From positions 80,177 through 96,906 of the IMG/VR virus record IMGVR_UViG_3300033070_001087: 16,730 nt of DNA; one strand, 5' to 3'. The position numbers were made by a program, and so were the translations under genes. This DNA is from a virus. Taxonomy: Duplodnaviria > Heunggongvirae > Uroviricota > Caudoviricetes. A model generated the notes under the pieces. That model was not told the DNA's origin. It searched no databases and saw nothing but the letters and a program-made list of their open reading frames with translations. Below, piece by piece: positions 1 to 7,247 of the stretch (positions are counted from its first letter, which is position 1; the number at the start of each line of letters is the position of its first letter).

Positions 1-2
1 AA

Positions 3-281
3 AGTTGGGTGATAGATATTGACTATGTTTGTGGAACCTATATTCCAAGTGTAGATGATCCTAGATTAGATAAAATTTGTAGAAAATTAGCCACTATAGA
101 ACCAATAGGTACTACAAAAATTATTGCTAAAATTCCAACTAAAAATGGTTATCATTTAATTACAAGACCATTTAATGAACAGAAGTTTAAGCAAGACTTT
201 CCTGAAATTGATATTCATAAAAATAATCCTACAATATTGTATGCGTATTCCGTACATCAAAATATGTCAGATAAAGAATGA
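3..281 (+). CDS. C-terminal part of a phage protein with AEP (primase-polymerase)-like motifs, truncated by the window edge
   Basis: The frame is open back to base 3 (S-W-V-I-D-I-D), so the GTG at 9 is probably not the real start. WVIDID resembles AEP motif I (hhhDhD) and PTKNGYHL resembles motif II (sxxGhH). The AEP call is inference from two short motifs. Confidence 0.5.
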   Translation, partial: SWVIDIDYVCGTYIPSVDDPRLDKICRKLATIEPIGTTKIIAKIPTKNGYHLITRPFNEQKFKQDFPEIDIHKNNPTILYAYSVHQNMSDKE

Positions 282-567
282 TGAATGTGTATGTAGTGAA
301 GAACAAAAAAAATTATGTTCACATTTTCAACTTGTTCCTGATACTAAAACAATAAGAGAAAATTTTTTAAAAATAAAAAAAGAATATGAAACAAATCACA
401 AAATGCAAGACGTAATTGATAAGTTTATTAAAGAAAAGAAATTAAAACCAGGTTCTCCTATTACTGCTTATAATGAGAAAGGAGAAAAAGTTTACTATAA
501 ATCAATAGAAGACTTAATTGAGCAGGTATTATTACACCTAAGAAAAAATAGTTTTATTAAATTCTAA
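241..567 (+). CDS. Hypothetical protein (108 aa) with an N-terminal Cys/His cluster
   Basis: ATG at 241 (MRIPYIKICQ...) is preferred over 175 because it cuts the overlap with the upstream gene to 41 nt. Cluster CQIKNDECVCSEEQKKLCSH. The stop overlaps the next ATG (TAATG at 565-569). Confidence 0.65.
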   Translation: MRIPYIKICQIKNDECVCSEEQKKLCSHFQLVPDTKTIRENFLKIKKEYETNHKMQDVIDKFIKEKKLKPGSPITAYNEKGEKVYYKSIEDLIEQVLLHLRKNSFIKF

Positions 568-1751
568 TGGATCCGGTAAGTATTGTAACTATCAAAAGCA
601 AAATTCCTCTTTTTAAAGGAGAAGAAGTTGCTGAGAGAGTTGAGTTAATTGAATTAGAAGAAGTTGGATTTGAAATTGTATCTCAAAAAGACTTATACAA
701 AATTGGTGATAAAGCTGTTTATATTCAACCTGATTATTGTTTACCTGATACTATCTTATTTGAGTCTTTTATTAGACCAGGAGGGGATGAAAGTAAATCA
801 ATGCTAGGTAAGATAAACGGAGAGCCAAGAAGAATAAGAGCCAAAAAGTTTAACCTACACAAAGGTGATAACATAGTGGTTTACAGTAATGGTATTCTTT
901 TACCTATGATGGAAGTTTATGATCAATTACAATTTATTGGTATTGCACCAGATAAAATGGAACAGAATTTAACTGAAAATCTAGGTATAACAAAGTATGA
1001 AGAGCCAGAGTATACTTCAAAAGGTGGATTAAAAACAGCAGGAGTAATTGCGTTTCCTTCTGGTGTTTATAAGACTGATGAAGAAAATATCAATAATCTC
1101 TGGAATCATATTGAAAAGAAAATCGGTTATCCAATCGATTTAGTAGGTACAGTAAAAGAAGATGGTAGTTCTATTACTATTGGAATTACTGATGCTATTC
1201 CTGAAGGATTTATTTGCTCAAGAAATATGAGAAAGAAATTCTTTATTAAAAAAGTAGTTGGTAGAAGAAAGAAAACATTCATTGAATATTTGAAATTCTG
1301 GAAAAGACCCGATTTAAACATCTATAAAGAGATACCAAGTGATGATGATTTTGTTAAGAATGGTATGCCTTATTTAGAGATGTTAAAAGAAAAAAACTAC
1401 AAAAATATTATCTTAAGAGGAGAATTAAATGGTGGAAGTCTTAAAGGTTCAGGTAACAAAAATAATCCTGCATCTAAAAGACCAGTTAACATTAAGTTCT
1501 TTGGTTTAGATAAATTTGAAAATGGAGTTACAGTTAAAGACACTTGGAAAAATTTGATTAATTTATCAGATGAAATTCCAATTGATTTAGTCAAACAAGT
1601 ATTTAGAGGAAAATTTAATTCTAAAGAAGAAATTCTAAAAGAATGTAATAATTACTTTAAAGAATGTATGATAGAAGGAATTGTTATCAGAACTCCTGAT
1701 TCAAGCTTTTCAGCAAAAGTCATGAATTTAGAATATGACAGTAAAAAATAA
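567..1751 (+). CDS. ATP-dependent RNA ligase, DRB0094/Rnl2-like family, with an N-terminal OB-like domain
   Basis: Nucleotidyltransferase motifs: I TVKEDGSS (KxDG), III RGELNG, IIIa FFGLD, IV EGIVIR, V FSAKVMN. The N-terminus (ERVELIEL..VGFEIVSQKDLYKIGDKAVYIQPD..LP) is typical of DRB0094-family ligases. Confidence 0.88.
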   Translation: MDPVSIVTIKSKIPLFKGEEVAERVELIELEEVGFEIVSQKDLYKIGDKAVYIQPDYCLPDTILFESFIRPGGDESKSMLGKINGEPRRIRAKKFNLHKGDNIVVYSNGILLPMMEVYDQLQFIGIAPDKMEQNLTENLGITKYEEPEYTSKGGLKTAGVIAFPSGVYKTDEENINNLWNHIEKKIGYPIDLVGTVKEDGSSITIGITDAIPEGFICSRNMRKKFFIKKVVGRRKKTFIEYLKFWKRPDLNIYKEIPSDDDFVKNGMPYLEMLKEKNYKNIILRGELNGGSLKGSGNKNNPASKRPVNIKFFGLDKFENGVTVKDTWKNLINLSDEIPIDLVKQVFRGKFNSKEEILKECNNYFKECMIEGIVIRTPDSSFSAKVMNLEYDSKK

Positions 1752-2529
1752 ACAAAGTCGAACCTTTGTTATGGGTGACATTCATGGATCCTATAAAGCC
1801 TTAGTTCAATGCTTAGAAAGAAGTAAATTTAACAAAGATGAAGATACACTAATTCAATTAGGAGATATTGTAGATGGATGGGATGATGTTTATCTTTGTG
1901 TTAAAGAACTTACTTCTATTAAAAATCTGATACCTATTAAAGGTAATCATGATGAATGGTTTAGAGAATTTCTTAATACAGGAGTTCATCCTGAAGCATG
2001 GGAACATGGTGGACATGGAACTCTAAAATCATACTGTGAGCATTTTAAAAAGTTTTTCTTTATTCATAATGGAATAAAAACTGATTTTAATCCATTTGAT
2101 GTACCTCAATCTCATGTTGATTTATTTAGATTTAGACAATTAAATTACTATAAAGATGATAAGAATCGACTTTTCATTCATGGTGGATTTAATAGACATC
2201 AAGCATTAAGAGATCAACCAAGTTTTATTTATTATTGGGATAGAGACCTTTGGAGTGCTGCTATGAACTGGCAAGGTATGGGTGAATTTGCTCGTAAAAA
2301 GTATAAGTTCAAAACAAAAGAGAATTTTTCTACTATTTTTATTGGTCATACAACTACAACTAGCTGGGGAACAACGAAGCCTATTAAGGCTGCCAATGTT
2401 TGGAACCTAGATACTGGAGCTGGATTTAAAGGTAAGTTAACAATTATGGATGTTGATACTGAAGAGTATTGGCAATCAGATCTTGTAGCAGAACTTTATA
2501 AAGATCAAGAAGGTAGAAATAAAATATAA
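1735..2529 (+). CDS. Calcineurin-like metallophosphoesterase (lambda phosphatase/PrpA/ApaH-like)
   Basis: Complete motif series GDIHG, GDIVDG, GNHD, HGG, GHT, LDTGAG. The start overlaps the ligase 3' end by 17 nt. Confidence 0.92.
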   Translation: MTVKNKQSRTFVMGDIHGSYKALVQCLERSKFNKDEDTLIQLGDIVDGWDDVYLCVKELTSIKNLIPIKGNHDEWFREFLNTGVHPEAWEHGGHGTLKSYCEHFKKFFFIHNGIKTDFNPFDVPQSHVDLFRFRQLNYYKDDKNRLFIHGGFNRHQALRDQPSFIYYWDRDLWSAAMNWQGMGEFARKKYKFKTKENFSTIFIGHTTTTSWGTTKPIKAANVWNLDTGAGFKGKLTIMDVDTEEYWQSDLVAELYKDQEGRNKI

Positions 2530-2567
2530 TTATGTTTTTCATAATTTTTTGATTTTTTTGGAGAAGG

Positions 2568-2609
2568 AAAGTTTTAGGGGTACTTTGGTATCCCTTAACT
2601 TTTTATTTT
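2568..2609 (+). terminator. Putative intrinsic terminator
   Basis: Stem AGGGGTAC (2576-2583), loop TTTG, stem GTATCCCT (2588-2595, one G-U pair), extendable with AAAGTT/AACTTT, then TTTTTATTTT. It lies in the longest intergenic gap of the + strand block. Confidence 0.6.
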
Positions 2610-2627
2610 AAACAAAATAATAAAAAC

Positions 2628-3110
2628 ATGCTAATCTATGTAGATTTCGAAATTCCAGATAATCCAAGGGACTTTATAAGAAAATTATTCACATGTAAAA
2701 ATATGTATGACAGAGTTTCATGTGTAAGAACATTTGCTGATAAAGAGTTAAAAATTATTCAGTGTCAATTAAATAAACAAAGAAGTTTTGATGAAATCTT
2801 CTTTTGTACAAGAACATATTTCAGTAAAATTACTCCTAAAGAAGTATTACATATACTATTAACTTTAAGAGTTTATGGGCAAGAAAGAGATGTTTATGTT
2901 CCATATCTAAAACATTGTGCAGGAATTAAAAAGATTAATTTTCTATACTATTGGAAAGATATAAATTCAAGTGAAATATTTAGTAAAAGTTATGATAAAT
3001 ATGATTCACTTTGGAGCTGGAAAGAATTATTAGCCCAATTAAATATTAACAATTTAGAAGAATTGTTAAGTTATATTAAAACAAACATTGAACATCCAAA
3101 ACAAACATGA
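2628..3110 (+). CDS. Hypothetical protein (160 aa) with a putative winged-helix-like domain; paralogue of the C-terminal part of 7248-8006
   Basis: ATG preceded by an A-rich tract (AAAATAATAAAAAC). Core CQLNKQRSFDEIFFCTRTYFSKITPKEVLHILLTL aligns ungapped with 7746-7850 (16/35 identical). The fold is inference. Confidence 0.75.
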   Translation: MLIYVDFEIPDNPRDFIRKLFTCKNMYDRVSCVRTFADKELKIIQCQLNKQRSFDEIFFCTRTYFSKITPKEVLHILLTLRVYGQERDVYVPYLKHCAGIKKINFLYYWKDINSSEIFSKSYDKYDSLWSWKELLAQLNINNLEELLSYIKTNIEHPKQT

Positions 3111-3550
3111 TAAAAAATGATTCAGTAGTAGAAGCAGTGAGAGAAGACTTACTAAGAAGAAGCGAAATAGGTATAAAAAAATACAATGTAACATTAGATA
3201 GAACAGATTTATCTTTAATAGACTGGTTACAACACGCTTATGAAGAATGTCTTGATCAAGCTAATTACTTGAAAAAATCAATACTAATCTTAAAAAATCA
3301 AAAAATCACAATGCAAAACAACAAAACAATTACAATTGATCCGAAAGGATTAGCTAAGCAGTTAGCAGAACAAAGCGTATTGGAAACAATTACAAACCAT
3401 AACGCTGCTTACCCCAATAACATTAAAGAAGTTTTTGAGGTATTAGATGAGATTACGCCAGAAAAACAGGAATTACAATATACTCCTTTTGCTCAGGCTA
3501 TCTTTGATGAAAGACAAGAACATTATTACAAACACATTACCAATGCCTAA
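3107..3550 (+). CDS. Two-part protein: N-terminal conserved-looking phage helical domain (possible all-alpha NTP-pyrophosphatase/MazG-like half) plus an unknown C-terminal domain
   Basis: ATGA overlap with the upstream stop. N-terminal RSEIGIKKYNVTLDR..WLQHAYEECLDQANYL has an EExxD acidic helix (3242-3256). Internal in-frame ATG at 3311 in a strong A-rich context. Confidence 0.6.
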   Translation: MIKNDSVVEAVREDLLRRSEIGIKKYNVTLDRTDLSLIDWLQHAYEECLDQANYLKKSILILKNQKITMQNNKTITIDPKGLAKQLAEQSVLETITNHNAAYPNNIKEVFEVLDEITPEKQELQYTPFAQAIFDERQEHYYKHITNA

Positions 3551-3614
3551 GACATTACAACAGGAGATTGATGACTACCTAGACAATCTACTAAATGATT
3601 CTCTAGGTGGATAA
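3543..3614 (+). CDS. Putative 23-aa acidic microprotein MPKTLQQEIDDYLDNLLNDSLGG (not in ORF track)
   Basis: The ATG overlaps the upstream stop (ATGCCTAA) and the TAA ends 7 nt before the ATG at 3622. It fills an otherwise empty 71-nt gap in a tightly coupled operon. Confidence 0.45.
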   Translation: MPKTLQQEIDDYLDNLLNDSLGG

Positions 3615-3621
3615 CAACTCA

Positions 3622-4017
3622 ATGGAAATTAACGAAATTAAAAATTTATCCTTAAAGCAAATAGAAGATATTTTCAAAGATCCAAATGTTTCTAAGAAAG
3701 TAAAAGAGAAAAATCTTATTTTATGGCTATCAACTCAAAACAGTAGCACATTTGCATTAAGTAAAGTAGTAGAAGAAGCAATTGAAGTTTCAGAAGTTTC
3801 TATCAAAATGATTAATAAATCACCAGATAATAAACCACCAACTGAAAATTTACTTGCAGAGTTCTCTGACTTAACTGTAAGATTATTTATCTTTTTAGCT
3901 TCTATATCTGAAAATGATCAGCAGTTTAAAGATTATATGAGTATTACTCAAAACATGATTTCTGCTAAAATTGAAAAGATCTATGGATATATAAAAAAAA
4001 GAAATGAGAACACTTAA
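3622..4017 (+). CDS. MazG-like all-alpha NTP pyrophosphohydrolase-family protein
   Basis: LSKVVEEAIEVSEVSIK...ENLLAEFSDLTV gives the EExxE...ExxD pattern (3772-3870) of the MazG-like superfamily. ATG at 3622 is preferred over GTG at 3607. Confidence 0.65.
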   Translation: MEINEIKNLSLKQIEDIFKDPNVSKKVKEKNLILWLSTQNSSTFALSKVVEEAIEVSEVSIKMINKSPDNKPPTENLLAEFSDLTVRLFIFLASISENDQQFKDYMSITQNMISAKIEKIYGYIKKRNENT

Positions 4018-4960
4018 CCTAGTATTTCCGGATAAGTCCGAGATAAAATACAAAATATCAAAGTTTCCAGATGGACAACAAAACATTGTTATAAATAATG
4101 AACCTGATGAATTTGATGATATATTACCAGGTTATTATTATTTAGCTGGTAAAAGTAGAATTTATACTAAACATTCTATTGAAATTAAATCACGTTTAAA
4201 TAACTGGTTAGATTTAGAACTTATTGTTGCTTCTGTTGCTTCATTACGTGAATTAGGTATAGAAGAAATACATCTTTATACACCTTATATTATGGGTGCT
4301 AGAAGTGATAGAAAGTTTGAAGAAGGTGGAAATAATTATCTTAAAGATGTTATTTGTCCTATCATCAACTCTCTAAACTTTAAAACAGTTACTTGTATTG
4401 ATCCTCATAGTGATGTATTAGAAGCGTGTATTAAAGGATTTAGAAAAGAATCTAATTTAGAATTAGTTAAATTTAGTTTATCATCAATGTTAAAATTATC
4501 AGAAGATACTAATAAATTTTATAATGATGATTTTATTTTAATATCTCCAGATGCAGGTGCAAGTAAGAAAATCTACAAATTAGCTGAACAAATTGGTTAT
4601 AAAGGTGATATTATTACTTGTAGTAAAGATAGAGATGAAAAGGGTGAATTAACCAAAACTACAGTTCCTTTTGTATTTGGTCAACTTTTTGATAAAGATA
4701 TTATTATTGTAGATGACATTTGTGACGGAGGACGTACTTTTGTAAATATTGCAAAAATAATAAAAGATAGAACTAAAGAGTTTAAATACAAACCTAAAAT
4801 CTATCTTATAATAACCCATGGTATATTTTCAGCTGGATTCGAAAAACTAGCTAAATATTTTAATGGTATCTATTGTACTAATAGTTATTCTGATTTACCT
4901 AGTGGAGAACAAATTCAAAAGGTAGAACAAAAAATTGTAAAACAACTAAACATATTTTAA
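4004..4960 (+). CDS. prs: Ribose-phosphate pyrophosphokinase (Prs)-family enzyme; probable NARP1 Adps (ADP-ribose pyrophosphate synthetase)
   Basis: FPDGQQNIV, PYIMGARSDRKF, DPHS, LISPDAGA, PRPP-binding loop IIIVDDICDGGRTF, THGIFS. The family call is strong; the Adps substrate assignment is inference from adjacency to the Nampt-like gene in a phage. Confidence 0.92.
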   Translation: MRTLNLVFPDKSEIKYKISKFPDGQQNIVINNEPDEFDDILPGYYYLAGKSRIYTKHSIEIKSRLNNWLDLELIVASVASLRELGIEEIHLYTPYIMGARSDRKFEEGGNNYLKDVICPIINSLNFKTVTCIDPHSDVLEACIKGFRKESNLELVKFSLSSMLKLSEDTNKFYNDDFILISPDAGASKKIYKLAEQIGYKGDIITCSKDRDEKGELTKTTVPFVFGQLFDKDIIIVDDICDGGRTFVNIAKIIKDRTKEFKYKPKIYLIITHGIFSAGFEKLAKYFNGIYCTNSYSDLPSGEQIQKVEQKIVKQLNIF

Positions 4961-4962
4961 AC

Positions 4963-6546
4963 ATGTCATCAACATCAGTATTACTACAAACTGACTTTTA
5001 CAAAACAAGTCACTACAAAATGTATCCTGAAGGTACAACAAAAATTTATTCTAATTTAACTCCAAGAAAGTCAAGACTTAATGGAGTAAATCATATTGTA
5101 GTTTTTGGATTGCAGTATTTTATTTTAGAATATTTAATTAAACAATGGAACGAAAACTTTTTTCGTTATTTGAAAGTAGATAACAGTACTGCTAATGAAG
5201 AGAACAAAAACATTGCAAAAGCAAGAGTTCTTCGAAGATATAAAAGAATAATGGATGCTACACTAGGTAAAGACAGTGTGGGTCTGGAGCATTTAGAAAA
5301 ACTATGGGATTTGCAATATCTTCCATTAGAAATTAAAGCATTACCAGAAGGCACGTTATGTCCTATCGGAGTTCCATGTGTAACAATTACAAACACAGTT
5401 GACCATGCATACTGGTTGGTTAATTATTTAGAAACAATATTAAGCTGCACAGTATGGCAGCCAATGACATCAGCAACTATTGCATATGAATATAAGAAGT
5501 TACTCAATAAGTACAGTATTGAAACTACAGGCTCTACAGAAGGAGTACAGTTCCAGGCACATGATTTTTCCATGCGTGGTATGTCTTCTCTTGAAAGTGC
5601 TATTACTAGCGGTGGTGGTCACTTGCTTTCTTTTGTGGGTACTGACACTATTCCTGCAATCACTTTTCTTGAAACATATTATAAAGCCGATGTTGAAAAA
5701 GAATTGGTAGGCTGTTCGGTTCCAGCAACAGAGCATAGTGTAATGTGTATGGGTACAAAGGATGATGAAATAGGTACATTCAAAAGACTTATTGATTTAT
5801 ATCCTTCTGGTATTTTATCAGTAGTATCAGATACATGGAATCTATGGAAAGTATTAACCAAATACTTACCTGTATTGAGAGAACAAATTATGGAAAGAAA
5901 TGGTAAACTGGTTATTCGTCCTGATTCAGGCGATCCGGTAGATATTATCTGTGGACATCCTAAAAGTTCTCATCATACTTATGAGCAATACAAAGATATT
6001 TGTGACTCAAAAGGTCATGAATTTACTTGGACAAAAGAACAATACAAAGGTGTTATTGAACTTCTTTGGGATGTCTTTGGTGGAAACAAAACCGAGCAAG
6101 AATATAAAGTTCTTCATGAATCTATTGGAGCAATTTATGGTGATTCAATCACTTTAGAAAGAGCTAAGGAAATTTGTGAAAGACTTAAAGCTAAAGGTTT
6201 TGCTTCTAACAATATCGTATTTGGTGTTGGTTCTTTTACCTATCAAATGAATACCAGAGATACATTTGGATTTGCAATGAAAGCTACTTACGGTGAAGTA
6301 GATGGAGTTGGAAGAGAAATCTTTAAAGCTCCTATTACCGATAGTGGTGAAAAGAAATCTAAAGCTGGTTTAATCAGAGTTGTTGGTCCTGATTTTGAAG
6401 GTAATACAACAGGTACATTAATGTGCTTAGACCGACAAACAAAAACAGAGGAAAAAGCAGGTCTATTACAGACTGTGTTCCTAAATGGTAAATTAGTTAA
6501 AGAGCAATCTTTAACTGAAATTCGTGAACGTTTAAATTCATATTAA
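4963..6546 (+). CDS. nadV: Nicotinamide phosphoribosyltransferase (Nampt/NadV)-family enzyme; probable NARP1 Namat (nicotinamide ADP-ribosyltransferase)
   Basis: TDFYKTSH, HDFSMRG, GTDT, VPATEHSVMC, VSDTWN, VIRPDSGDP, YGDSIT, GVGSFTYQMNTRDTFGFAMKAT. Starts 2 nt after the prs-like stop. The Namat assignment is inference. Confidence 0.94.
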   Translation: MSSTSVLLQTDFYKTSHYKMYPEGTTKIYSNLTPRKSRLNGVNHIVVFGLQYFILEYLIKQWNENFFRYLKVDNSTANEENKNIAKARVLRRYKRIMDATLGKDSVGLEHLEKLWDLQYLPLEIKALPEGTLCPIGVPCVTITNTVDHAYWLVNYLETILSCTVWQPMTSATIAYEYKKLLNKYSIETTGSTEGVQFQAHDFSMRGMSSLESAITSGGGHLLSFVGTDTIPAITFLETYYKADVEKELVGCSVPATEHSVMCMGTKDDEIGTFKRLIDLYPSGILSVVSDTWNLWKVLTKYLPVLREQIMERNGKLVIRPDSGDPVDIICGHPKSSHHTYEQYKDICDSKGHEFTWTKEQYKGVIELLWDVFGGNKTEQEYKVLHESIGAIYGDSITLERAKEICERLKAKGFASNNIVFGVGSFTYQMNTRDTFGFAMKATYGEVDGVGREIFKAPITDSGEKKSKAGLIRVVGPDFEGNTTGTLMCLDRQTKTEEKAGLLQTVFLNGKLVKEQSLTEIRERLNSY

Positions 6547-6550
6547 AATA

Positions 6551-7072
6551 ATGGCAAAACAAACAAGAAAAGCTGGTGTTCCAGCAAAAGTAACTACCAT
6601 TGTAAAAAAGGTAATTACAAAACAGGAAAAACCTGTTAAAAAGTATCCATATTATGTGGATAATGAAGAGTATGACGAACATCCAGCTTTTGCAAACATG
6701 ATGGAAGATAAATACGATGATACTTCCGTAGATGAAGGCACAGATTATGGCTTTTCAAAAGTTATAGATGAAAAAGGCGATGAAGTTTTCTTTAGCTATG
6801 AAGTAAGTGCAGCAGTACATACTTGTGGATTTTTAGAATTAGGTGAACTTTCTGCTTCATCTTCTGATAAAAACTTACTTCATTTAGCCGATTTATTGGA
6901 TGGTGTTGTTAGTTTTGCTAATGGTTGCACATTGTTTATGAATACCAATGGTGCAGGACATTCTAAAATCTTAGAAAAAGCTTTACCACTATCTAAACAT
7001 TGGGTAAAAGTAAAAACCTACAAGAATCCACGTTCTGGTAATATATTAACACTTTGGGTAACTAATAACTAA
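6551..7072 (+). CDS. Hypothetical protein (173 aa): basic N-terminus, acidic middle, compact C-terminal domain
   Basis: Clean ORF starting 4 nt after the Nampt-like stop, A-rich start. No motif recognised with confidence. Confidence 0.75.
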   Translation: MAKQTRKAGVPAKVTTIVKKVITKQEKPVKKYPYYVDNEEYDEHPAFANMMEDKYDDTSVDEGTDYGFSKVIDEKGDEVFFSYEVSAAVHTCGFLELGELSASSSDKNLLHLADLLDGVVSFANGCTLFMNTNGAGHSKILEKALPLSKHWVKVKTYKNPRSGNILTLWVTNN

Positions 7073-7076
7073 TAAT

Positions 7077-7247
7077 ATGACAAAGAATATTAAAATCTTA
7101 CCTTGTTCTTGTAAAAATGAATTTCAGGACAAGACATATGGAGTTGGTAAACGACTCATGAACCATGCACCTAAAAAAGGTGCTGAACCGAACAGATACA
7201 GATGTACAGTCTGTAAAAAAGAACACACTTCAAAATCAGCAGAATAG
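7077..7247 (+). CDS. Small putative Zn-binding protein, 56 aa (not in ORF track)
   Basis: Translated by hand: MTKNIKILPCSCKNEFQDKTYGVGKRLMNHAPKKGAEPNRYRCTVCKKEHTSKSAE*. It has CxC and CxxC pairs and fills the gap exactly (ATG 4 nt after the previous TAA; TAG abuts the ATG at 7248). Confidence 0.8.
   Translation: MTKNIKILPCSCKNEFQDKTYGVGKRLMNHAPKKGAEPNRYRCTVCKKEHTSKSAE

Noticed and set aside
175-240. N-terminal extension of the ORF-track gene 175..567
   Set aside because: It would overlap the upstream CDS by over 100 nt; the ATG at 241 gives a more plausible start.
4004-6546. Host-chromosome NAD salvage operon or NARP2 interpretation
   Set aside because: The context is entirely phage-like and no NMN adenylyltransferase gene is adjacent; Prs-like + Nampt-like fits NARP1 better. 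Not fully excluded without the rest of the genome.
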